64,000 bases of DNA from NCBI GenBank assembly GCA_965198005.1, contig CBDAOI010000004.1, positions 1,613,779-1,677,778 on the forward strand, in the 5' to 3' direction. The notes under the pieces are model-generated. The model had not been told where the DNA came from and ran no database searches. It was given only the letters and a program-made list of their open reading frames with translations. A program made the translations under genes and the position numbers. The stretch comes from Spirochaetia bacterium. GTDB lineage: Bacteria; Spirochaetota; Spirochaetia; SZUA-6; Bin103. Shown here one piece after another: positions 29,947-38,261 of the stretch; within the stretch, counting starts at the first letter, position 1; each line of letters starts with the position of its first letter.

Positions 29947-31467
29947 GTGGTGGCCAACCGGCAGGGGCCGGGCAACCGGCAGGGACTGCTCGTCCGACAG
30001 GGGCTGGGCGTCCGGCAGCGGCGCAGGCGCGCCCGCCGCGGCCGCGCGCGCCGAGGCGGACCGCGGCCGATCGAACCGGCGGTGGCCGCGGCCGTGGCCG
30101 TGGTAGCGGTCCTGCTGGCGCTGCCGCACGTGGGGCGGTCCGCGGTGGACGGCGGCGGCGTGCTGCTGCTGGTCACCCCGGCGCTGGTGCCGGCGGCGCT
30201 GGCCGCGGTGGCGCCGGCGCGCTGGCGGTGGCGGAGTCTGGTGCTGGCGGCGGCGGCCGGGTGCACGCTGGCGGTCGGCCTCGACCTGGGCGCGCGCTGG
30301 CGTCTGGCCGGTTACGGCGCGGCGCTGCCGCCGGCGGCGATCGACGAGCTGCACGGCACGCTGCTGCAGGACGACCGCCCGACCGCCGGCGGCACCCGCT
30401 ACCGGATTGCGGTCGACACGGTCGGTTCCACCCGCATGGCGGTGCGGGCGACGGCCCGGTTCACCGCCACGGTGACCGCCCCGGGCAGCTCCGCACGCGC
30501 CTACCGCGGCCAGCGCCTGCGTGTGCACGGGGTTGCAGTGCGGGCCGCGAGCGGCGGCCGCCTGCTGGTCGACGGGCGCCGCGCCCGGGTCGTGCCGGCG
30601 GCTGCGGCATCCGGGCGGCCTGCCGCGGTACGCGCCGGCGTACGGGCGCGTGTGGAGCACCTCATCCAGCGCCAACGCGGGCCCGCCGCGGCGCTGCTGG
30701 CCGCCCTCCTGCTCGGCGACCGCCATCACCTGACCGCGGAACAAGTGGCGGCGTTCCGGCGCGCCGGGGCGATGCATCTGCTGGCGCTGTCCGGCCTGCA
30801 CGTGGGGCTGGCCTATGCGGTTGCGGCCACCTTGGCACGGGGCGTGACCTGGCTGGGGGCGATGCTCGTGCCGCGCGGCCAGCGCTGCTGGGTCGCATTG
30901 GCGGCCGGCCTGGGGGTCGCCGCGGTGTTTCTCTACGTGGAGCTCGCCGGGTCACGCGCGTCTCTGGCGCGGGCCGCGACCATGCTGGCGCTGGCGCGCG
31001 CGGGGGCGCAGCTCGGGCGGCCGGCGCGGTCGCTCAACCTGCTGGCGTGGTCCGCGCTGGTGGTGCTGGCGGCTGACCCGGCGGTGGTGCACGAGCTGTC
31101 GTTTCAGCTCTCCTACACGGCGCTGCTCGGCATCCTCCTGCTCGGGCCTGCTCTGGCTGACCGCCTGCCCGCGCTGCTGCCGATTTCCCTGCGGTCCGGG
31201 ATCGGCATGGCGGTGGGGGCGCAGGCGGCGACGCTGCCGCTGGTGCTGGCGACCTTCGGCAGCGCCTATCCGGTCGGCGCCGTGTCCGGGCTGGTCCTCG
31301 TCCCCTATACGGCGCTGTTTCTGTGGACCGGGATGGTGGGCTTGGCGCTCGCGGTCCTCAGCGCCGGAGGTACGGAGCCCGCTACCGCCGGCGTGCTGAA
31401 CCTGATGTATAGTGGCTTCGAGATGTTGAACGGACTGTTCGCATGGGCGCCCGGGATCCGGATGTGA
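29947..31467 (+). CDS. ComEC/Rec2-family competence membrane protein
   Basis: HLLALSGLHVGL and ELSFQLSYTALLGILLLGP competence-domain blocks. Confidence 0.6.
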   Translation: MVANRQGPGNRQGLLVRQGLGVRQRRRRARRGRARRGGPRPIEPAVAAAVAVVAVLLALPHVGRSAVDGGGVLLLVTPALVPAALAAVAPARWRWRSLVLAAAAGCTLAVGLDLGARWRLAGYGAALPPAAIDELHGTLLQDDRPTAGGTRYRIAVDTVGSTRMAVRATARFTATVTAPGSSARAYRGQRLRVHGVAVRAASGGRLLVDGRRARVVPAAAASGRPAAVRAGVRARVEHLIQRQRGPAAALLAALLLGDRHHLTAEQVAAFRRAGAMHLLALSGLHVGLAYAVAATLARGVTWLGAMLVPRGQRCWVALAAGLGVAAVFLYVELAGSRASLARAATMLALARAGAQLGRPARSLNLLAWSALVVLAADPAVVHELSFQLSYTALLGILLLGPALADRLPALLPISLRSGIGMAVGAQAATLPLVLATFGSAYPVGAVSGLVLVPYTALFLWTGMVGLALAVLSAGGTEPATAGVLNLMYSGFEMLNGLFAWAPGIRM

Positions 31468-32348
31468 ATCACAACTCGCCGGCCGCGATCCGGGCTCTGC
31501 TCGGCAGCCACAACCTGCGCCCCCAGAAACGCTGGGGGCAGAACTTCATGGTCAATCCCCGCGCGCGGGCAAAGCTGGTGACCACGCTGGACGCTCGGCC
31601 GGAGGATACCGTATGGGAGATCGGCCCGGGGCTGGGCGCCCTCACCGCCGCGCTCCTGAAGCGCTGTGCGCGCCTGGTGGTGTTCGAAATCGACCACGGA
31701 CTGATCCGCCTGCTGGAGCGCGAATACGCGGCGGACTCGCGGCTCACCATCGTCCCGGGCGACTACCTGCGCACCTGGCGCACCGCCGCCGCCCGCGTTG
31801 CCCCCGACCGCATCATCGGCAATCTCCCGTTCAGCAGCTCGTCGGCGATCATCGCCGCCCTGATCGAGCACGACGCCGTGCCGGCCGCCTGCGTGTTCAC
31901 GGTGCAGAAGGAGTTGGCGCAGCGCGCGGCGGCCGCGCCCGGCACCCGCAACTACTCGTCGTTCTCCGTCCTGTGCCAGTGTCTGAGCGAGGTCACGGAT
32001 CACGGGGAGTTGGCCCCCCGCACCTTCTATCCGGTGCCGGAGGTGACCGCCTCGGTGATCGAGTTGCGGCGCGCCGAGCGCGCGGCCCAGGTGCGCAGCC
32101 GCCCGATTCTGTTCCAATTGATCCGGACCTGCTTCCACGCCCGCCGCAAGACGCTACGCAACAACCTGCTGGCCCAGGGGCAGTTCGGTCTGCCGAAGTC
32201 GAAGCTGCTGGAGGCGGTGGAGGAGGTCGGCGTCGATGCGGGCCTGCGCGCCGAAGAGCTGGCCCCGCGCACCATCATCGCGCTGGCCAACACGCTGGTC
32301 ACGCACGGAGCGGTGACCGGCGCGCCGGCCGCCGGCGCCCAGGAGTAG
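31443..32348 (+). CDS. rsmA: 16S rRNA (adenine1518/1519-N6)-dimethyltransferase
   Basis: LGSHNLRPQKRWGQNFMVNP...VWEIGPGLGALT SAM-binding motif. Confidence 0.85.
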   Translation: MGARDPDVNHNSPAAIRALLGSHNLRPQKRWGQNFMVNPRARAKLVTTLDARPEDTVWEIGPGLGALTAALLKRCARLVVFEIDHGLIRLLEREYAADSRLTIVPGDYLRTWRTAAARVAPDRIIGNLPFSSSSAIIAALIEHDAVPAACVFTVQKELAQRAAAAPGTRNYSSFSVLCQCLSEVTDHGELAPRTFYPVPEVTASVIELRRAERAAQVRSRPILFQLIRTCFHARRKTLRNNLLAQGQFGLPKSKLLEAVEEVGVDAGLRAEELAPRTIIALANTLVTHGAVTGAPAAGAQE

Positions 32349-32385
32349 CGCCCCAAAACCGTTGCCCCGGGGCGCGCGGTGCGGG

Positions 32386-33288
32386 TCAGGCCGCGCCGGC
32401 TGCCGCCTCCAGGTCGTGGTAGTCCGCCAGCACCCGCTGCAGCTCGGCCTTGGCGCTCGCGCCGAGCGGCGTCATCGGCAGCCGGTAGCGTTCCTCGACC
32501 AGGCCCGCCAGGTGCATCGCCGCCTTGACCGGAATCGGGTTGGTGTCCAGTCCCATGAGCGCGCTGATCACCGGCAGCAGCTTGTAGTGCTCGGCCCGCG
32601 CTGCGGCGGTGTCGCCGGCCAGCATGCGGTTGACCAGCGCCACCATCGCCTCCGGGAGCAGGTTGCTGGTGACCGAGATCACCCCGTTGCCGCCGAGCGC
32701 CATCAGCGGCAGCGTTACCTCGTCGTCTCCCGAGAGCACCGTGAAGTCCGGCGGCCGGCGGCGGATCAGATCCATCATTTGCGAAATGTCTCCGCTCGCC
32801 TCCTTCACGCCGACGATGTTGGGATGCTCCGCCAGCGCCAGCATGGTCCGGTTGTCGATGTTCTTGCCGACGCGGCCGGGGATGTTGTAGACGATCAGCG
32901 GCAGGTCGACTTGGTCCGCGATCAGCCGGAAGTGGCGCAGAAAACCCTCCTGAGACGGCTTGTTGTAGTAACCCGCGACGTGCAGACTCGCCTGCGCCCC
33001 GACCTCGCGTGCGAACCGGGTGTGCTCCAGCGCCTCGACCGTGTTGTTCGACCCGCACCCGGCGATCACCGGCACGCGTCCGGCGGCCTGCTCGAGCACC
33101 ACGCGGATCACCTCGTGGTGCTCGTCATCGGTCAGGGTCGGACTCTCCCCGGTGGTGCCGACCGGTACCAAGCCGGTAATCCCGGCCGCGATCTGCCGGT
33201 CGACCAGCCCGCGCAGGGTGTCGCGGTCCAATTCTCCGGACGCGGTGAACGGCGTAACCAGCGCCGTGTAGGTGCCTTCAAACCTCAT
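32386..33288 (-). CDS. dapA: 4-hydroxy-tetrahydrodipicolinate synthase
   Basis: TALVTPFTASGELD...VPVGTTGESPTLTDDEH. Confidence 0.85.
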   Translation of the reverse strand: MRFEGTYTALVTPFTASGELDRDTLRGLVDRQIAAGITGLVPVGTTGESPTLTDDEHHEVIRVVLEQAAGRVPVIAGCGSNNTVEALEHTRFAREVGAQASLHVAGYYNKPSQEGFLRHFRLIADQVDLPLIVYNIPGRVGKNIDNRTMLALAEHPNIVGVKEASGDISQMMDLIRRRPPDFTVLSGDDEVTLPLMALGGNGVISVTSNLLPEAMVALVNRMLAGDTAAARAEHYKLLPVISALMGLDTNPIPVKAAMHLAGLVEERYRLPMTPLGASAKAELQRVLADYHDLEAAAGAA

Positions 33289-34054
33289 GCGTGCTCTCCT
33301 TGGCTAACATCTCGTCGATGAAGTCGTCGATTCCAAAAAAACCGCTCTTGCGCGGTTCGGCGGCGAGCCAGGTCGCCACTTGTAACGCTCCGGCCGCCAG
33401 CGCGGCTCGTCCGCGCGCGCGGTGGGTCAACTCGATCGTGTCGTCGAGCGAGTCGAACAGCAGCACGTGCGTGCCCGGCTCCTCGCCGCCGCGCACCGAC
33501 GCCACGTGCAACTCGTCGGCCTCGATCGGGCGGTCCAGCCGTTCGGTTGCCACCCGCCGCTTGCGCGTGCTGCTGGCCAGCACGGCGGCGGCCAGCGTGA
33601 GCGCCGTGCCCGACGGAGAATCCGCCTTGCGCCGGTGATGGCGTTCGAACACCGCCGCGTCATAGTCAGGGAACGGCTCCATCAGGGCCGTGGCCTGGCC
33701 CGCCAAGCGCAGGAACAACTGCACGCCCAGCGAGAAGTTGGTCGCATGCAGGTAGCCGCTGCAGCCGCCCTCGATGATGGCGCGCACTTCCTCCAGCCGC
33801 GCGCCCCAGCCGGTGGTGCCGACCGCGGCGTTGAGCCCCGCCGCCGCGTAGCCGCGCGCGTTGTCCACCACCGCCTCGGCGATGCTGAACTCGATCGCTA
33901 CGTCGGCGCCCGCCGCGATCTCCGGGGTGAGCCGGGCGGCATCGGCATCGGCGGCGACCGGGTCGACGCGGGCTACGATCTCGTGCCCGGCGGCGGCCGC
34001 TACGCGCGCGGCCTCGCGGCCCATGCGGCCGTAGCCCACGATCGCGATCCTCAT
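33278..34054 (-). CDS. dapB: 4-hydroxy-tetrahydrodipicolinate reductase
   Basis: MRIAIVGYGRMGRE ... family blocks. 258 aa. Confidence 0.85.
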   Translation of the reverse strand: MRIAIVGYGRMGREAARVAAAAGHEIVARVDPVAADADAARLTPEIAAGADVAIEFSIAEAVVDNARGYAAAGLNAAVGTTGWGARLEEVRAIIEGGCSGYLHATNFSLGVQLFLRLAGQATALMEPFPDYDAAVFERHHRRKADSPSGTALTLAAAVLASSTRKRRVATERLDRPIEADELHVASVRGGEEPGTHVLLFDSLDDTIELTHRARGRAALAAGALQVATWLAAEPRKSGFFGIDDFIDEMLAKESTHEV

Positions 34055-34116
34055 CTCAAGCCACCCATGACGGTCATCATAGCGCGTCTGGCCGCGGCGG
34101 CCAAGCGCACCGGGTG

Positions 34117-34440
34117 CTAGTATATCATATCATTGACAATCGTATGTCCCGCTTGTATGGTCGATGGTGTGGAGTGGTGGGGTCCGGTCACCGCAATATC
34201 GGGTGCAGCAGTAGCGGTAGTGGCGATCGCGGCCGCGATCACCACTACCATTCAAGAGCATCCGGGATGAAGTCAAGAGCATCCGTGGGAGAGCTCAAGG
34301 TTCAGATCGGAACGGACATCCGCCGCGGGAGCTGAAGCGACCTGCTTACCGAATATCTGTTACAACGGGCGCGTGTCGTTGCTGCTTCAACGCCACTCTC
34401 GCTGCCTGCCTGCGGCGCCGCTCGACCCGGGGCAACCCAG
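34117..34440 (+). repeat. doubly deleted copy of the 41.6-42.8 kb coiled-coil cassette plus its about 100-bp boundary repeat. It occupies the position of the missing dppC.
   Basis: 34117-34330 matches 41657-41790 plus 42011-42030; 34316-34440 matches 42625-42760. The residual ORF encodes only the TM segment of the 41651 protein before a stop. Confidence 0.6.
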
Positions 34441-34475
34441 CGCGTGGCGTATCCGGTGTGGCACGGCTCATTGGC

Positions 34476-35477
34476 TCATTCATAGCGCACCCTCGGATCC
34501 AGGACCGCGTAGACCAGGTCGATGAGCAGATTGATCACCACCACCCCAGTGGCGAACAACAGGTTGATGCCGGAGACCATCGGGTAGTCTCGGTCATTGA
34601 GGGCATGCAGAAAGAGGCGACCGAGCCCCGGCAGGTTGAAGATGTTCTCCATGATCACCGCGCCCCCCACCAGGATCGGCAACTGCAGGCCGATCAGGGA
34701 CACCACCGGGATGAGGGCATTCTTGGCGGCGTGCCGGATCACCACGGCCCGCTCCTTCAGCCCCTTGGACCAAGCGGTCCGGATATAGTCCTGCCTCAGC
34801 ACCTCCAGCATCATGGTGCGCGTCATCCGCATGGTGGCGGCCGCCGAGGCCGTTCCCAGTATCAGGCCGGGAATGAGGAACACCGCCAGATTCCCCAGCG
34901 GGTCTTTCGTGAAGGAAACCAGCTCCAGCGGCGGCGCCCAGCCCCACCAGATGGCCGGGTAGATCATGACCATGACGCCCAGCCAGAAGTTGGGCGTGGC
35001 CAGGCCGATGATGGCGACCGAGCGCCCCAGGAAGTCTGCGACCGTATCCTGGCGAATCGCCGAGTAGATGCCGACCGGCAGCGCGATCACCAGCCCGATG
35101 AGGATTGCCATCAAACCAAGCTCGATGGTTACCGGCAGTCTACCTAGTATCCTGTCCTCTACCGCCAAACCGCCATACAGTGATTCGCCAAGCGTACCCT
35201 GGAGGAGACCTTTGAAGTGGGACTCACCGGTAACCCGGTCAGGGGTCGGCAACACCCCTATCCAGCGTCCGTACTGCACCCAGACAGGCACATCCAATCC
35301 CAGCCGACGCTCGAGCGCTGCACGGTCAATCCCCCCCGTTACGTAGATCTGCACCCGAGCCTCCAATACGTCTATGACATCGCCGGGGATGAAGCGGACC
35401 GAGAGAAAGACCAGGATGCTCAAGATAAACAGGGTGGGGACGACCAGCAGCAGCCGCCGGATGATGTAGGCTCTCAT
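34476..35477 (-). CDS. ABC transporter permease (DppB/OppB-like)
   Basis: MRAYIIRRLLLVVPTLF...RTAWSKGLKERAVVIRHAAKNALIPVVSL. Confidence 0.85.
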   Translation of the reverse strand: MRAYIIRRLLLVVPTLFILSILVFLSVRFIPGDVIDVLEARVQIYVTGGIDRAALERRLGLDVPVWVQYGRWIGVLPTPDRVTGESHFKGLLQGTLGESLYGGLAVEDRILGRLPVTIELGLMAILIGLVIALPVGIYSAIRQDTVADFLGRSVAIIGLATPNFWLGVMVMIYPAIWWGWAPPLELVSFTKDPLGNLAVFLIPGLILGTASAAATMRMTRTMMLEVLRQDYIRTAWSKGLKERAVVIRHAAKNALIPVVSLIGLQLPILVGGAVIMENIFNLPGLGRLFLHALNDRDYPMVSGINLLFATGVVVINLLIDLVYAVLDPRVRYE

Positions 35478-35493
35478 GTCTTCGTAGTAAATG

Positions 35494-35525
35494 GGCGCCG
35501 GGAAGATCGAGGCTCCCGGCGCCCT
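35494..35525. promoter_or_regulatory. intercistronic GC-rich stem-loop between substrate-binding protein and permease
   Basis: GGGCGCCGGGA...TCCCGGCGCCC. Confidence 0.45.
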
Positions 35526-35596
35526 TCTCTGCAGGCAGAACGAGCGCGAAACGCCCGCGGACCCCGCTGCCAGGCGTGGTCCGCGAAGCCGTTGCC

Positions 35597-37378
35597 TCAG
35601 AATCCCATTTCTTTCTTCAGGGCACTATCAATCCAGAGACGGGAGAAGATCACTTCCTCGCCCCCGCTTGATATCAGTTCACCGTTATAGCCTATGAGCC
35701 ACGGCTGGTTCACCGAAAACTGTGGAAGCAAAGGACCATATATCGTCCAGTATTGCTCTAATGCGTACATGACCAAGTCTGGCACCAGCCTGTTCCGCTC
35801 CTCGACGGTGGTCGCGGCTGCGGCTGCGGCATGCATGGCGTCATAAGTCGGGTCGTTGACGCTGCTATTTACACCATCCGTGGTAAACCCACTCATGATT
35901 GACACTGCCCACTGCATGGAAACAGCATACGCCGTATCGTTACTGGCCATTTCGTATTCCTGAGCTTTTCTTCTGGGGCCCCATGCAGCGTTTGGCGTTA
36001 CTTCAACCTCCACATCAACGCCAATCTTCTTCCAGTATGAAGCGGCTAATTCCGCATAGTTTAGATCGAAACGCTCAAGGTGCATCAACACGGTCTTGAA
36101 TCTAGTGCCGTCCGCGCCGCGAGGATACCCGGCAGCATCAAGCAACGCTTCGGCCCCTTCCGGGTTATACGTGCGGCCCTTCTGGAGCTCCTCGGGCCAC
36201 TCTTCAAATGGGGTGGAACCGTCTGTCATGAAACGGCCCAGCCGCCCTTGAGGCATCGGATCTGAGAAACCCTTGAAGTACGAATTGTCAATGGTTTCGA
36301 AGTCCAGTGCCATGTTCATTGCCTTGCGCACCCTGATGTCGTCAAAGGGTTCTATCTGAGTGTTCATTGCAAAACCATTGTCCGATCGAAACCGTACCGG
36401 CCACAATTCGACGTCGGGGTTGGTCCGCTGGATGCTCTCTACCTGCTCGATAGTCCGGAGTTGAGCTACCCCGGCCACACCCACGTAATCCACCTTACCC
36501 GTGCGCATTGCCGCCAGTTGTGTTGCCACTTCGGGCATAATCAGAGCCCTTAACGTGTCAACATATGGCAAACGGTTTTCCGGGTATTTTTCGTCGTAGC
36601 CCCAGTAGCCAGGATTCTTGGTATAGGTGATGGAGCTGCCCTCGGTCCAGTCAGTCAGCTCAAAAGGACCGGTGCCGACCAGGTTGCTCCAAGCCGTTAC
36701 GTCCCCGTGTTCCTTGATCACCTCGGGGGGGTACATGACAGCAAGGGAGTCGTCGAGGATAACCATCAGCGTAAGGAGATTTGGCTCCTTCAGCTTGAAA
36801 ACCACCGTCCATTTGTCGGTGGCCGTTATGGATTCGAATGACACCCCAGTCAAAACACTATAAGCAGCGCTAGGTTCGGTGAAGCCGCTGCCCAGACCCA
36901 GAGTACGGTGAAAGTTATATACGACATCGTCGGCAGTCAGCTCCCGACCGTTCATTGGTGCCTTATCGTGCCAGTGAACGCCCTGGCGGACTTTGACGAC
37001 AACTGTTTTGTCGTCGGGCATTTCCCAGCTCTCCGCCAGAGCCCCCCTCGTGTACTTTGGAGCGGCCATGGTCGGGAAGTTATATTCGTCCCTGGGCGTT
37101 GCCCAGTCGCCGATGCCTAGCTTCTCTACGACCAGGCCCACGGCCACGACACCCCCACTCAAATGTTTGTCAGTATGCGAGGGCGATTCTTTCTTGACGT
37201 AGGTTATTGTCCCGCCATACTCCGGCGCGGTCACCATCTTGCCGGTGGTCGGGTCGGTCACCATTTCCTTCTCCATCGCCGCGGCCGGCTCCTCCTCCGA
37301 GGCAGCCGCCCAGAGGCCGGTGGCGGTCAGTGCGAGGCCACACAGCACGGCGAGCGAAATGCGCATTACGAAATGCAT
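35597..37378 (-). CDS. ABC transporter substrate-binding protein, family 5
   Basis: 593 aa. Paralog of 11926 and 54155. Confidence 0.85.
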   Translation of the reverse strand: MHFVMRISLAVLCGLALTATGLWAAASEEEPAAAMEKEMVTDPTTGKMVTAPEYGGTITYVKKESPSHTDKHLSGGVVAVGLVVEKLGIGDWATPRDEYNFPTMAAPKYTRGALAESWEMPDDKTVVVKVRQGVHWHDKAPMNGRELTADDVVYNFHRTLGLGSGFTEPSAAYSVLTGVSFESITATDKWTVVFKLKEPNLLTLMVILDDSLAVMYPPEVIKEHGDVTAWSNLVGTGPFELTDWTEGSSITYTKNPGYWGYDEKYPENRLPYVDTLRALIMPEVATQLAAMRTGKVDYVGVAGVAQLRTIEQVESIQRTNPDVELWPVRFRSDNGFAMNTQIEPFDDIRVRKAMNMALDFETIDNSYFKGFSDPMPQGRLGRFMTDGSTPFEEWPEELQKGRTYNPEGAEALLDAAGYPRGADGTRFKTVLMHLERFDLNYAELAASYWKKIGVDVEVEVTPNAAWGPRRKAQEYEMASNDTAYAVSMQWAVSIMSGFTTDGVNSSVNDPTYDAMHAAAAAATTVEERNRLVPDLVMYALEQYWTIYGPLLPQFSVNQPWLIGYNGELISSGGEEVIFSRLWIDSALKKEMGF

Positions 37379-37961
37379 CAGATAACTCCTGTTGCTCGAG
37401 AGTACTGAATCGACTGCCGGCCCCTCGCCTACTCTCGAGTTATGCCTGCTTCAACGCCGGCGAGCACAAGCGAGGGCGACAGCGCGGGTCCCCAGGCGGT
37501 ACGGCGCTTGGAGACGAGCCCGGGTTTAGTCGTGGTTAGTCGTAACCGGTCTTGGGTGCCATCCCATCCTCCTTTGACGTGCGCGCACCACCGGCCGTTC
37601 GGATCGCGTCGGGACCTGCGTCCCAGCGTCCACGCGGCTGGCGAGGCGAGTTGGATTGGATTGGCCGGCGACGCCGGCGGTAGAGTTGATAAGTGGGTTG
37701 ATGAGGCCCGGTACGCCGGTCTCGGCGCTGAACGGACACCGCGTGAGGCGCCGGATGGGTTAGCTGTGTTGGGGGGGGGGGACTCCTCACCATTAAGCAA
37801 GCGCGCCGCGAGCTGATTTTCAGCAAATCTCGGCGCGCGGCTGTCAGGGGAACAGAGTGTCATAAGCGTTGACGTGTTATAAGTCACTCAAGCCCTCCGC
37901 AGGTGAGGCACAGCCATACCCAGATGTAGTCGCGATGTCGCGATTGACTGGATCCCACCCT
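37379..37961 (-). promoter_or_regulatory. about 580-nt 5' leader of the 35.6-kb substrate-binding-protein operon. It has a conserved 190-nt structured 5' block, a G11/C11 tract and a hairpin next to the ribosome-binding site.
   Basis: The 5' block 37770-37975 is about 90 percent identical (reverse-complemented) to 53528-53720. The ribosome-binding-site-proximal palindrome CTCGAGAGTA...TACTCTCGAG is shared with the 54.1-kb and 11.9-kb operons. Confidence 0.5.
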
Positions 37962-37990
37962 ATCGTAACCTCCGCTCCCGTGGACGTCAA
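37962..37990 (-). promoter_or_regulatory. sigma70-like promoter for the leader above
   Basis: On the minus strand: TTGACG, 17 nt, TACGAT, immediately before the conserved leader block. Confidence 0.4.
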
Positions 37991-38261
37991 CCACGAATCG
38001 GCCCAGCAATTCTCGGTGAACGGCAGTCGATGGCCTGAAGAGACAGTCTGGAGGGGCCCCCACCATTCGCCAACCCCCGCCGCGAAAGGATTCCGGGGGG
38101 GAGGGGATGGGCAAGGGTAGGACGCGCCGGTTGCGTTGCCCCTAACCGGTGGCAGCGCTGAGTAGTGTTTTCAGCCATCTTTTGCATCCGTTCAAACCTG
38201 AGACTTTCAGTATGCCACCCCTGCGGCACAAATCAACAGGAAAAACTGGCGAATTGAAGGT

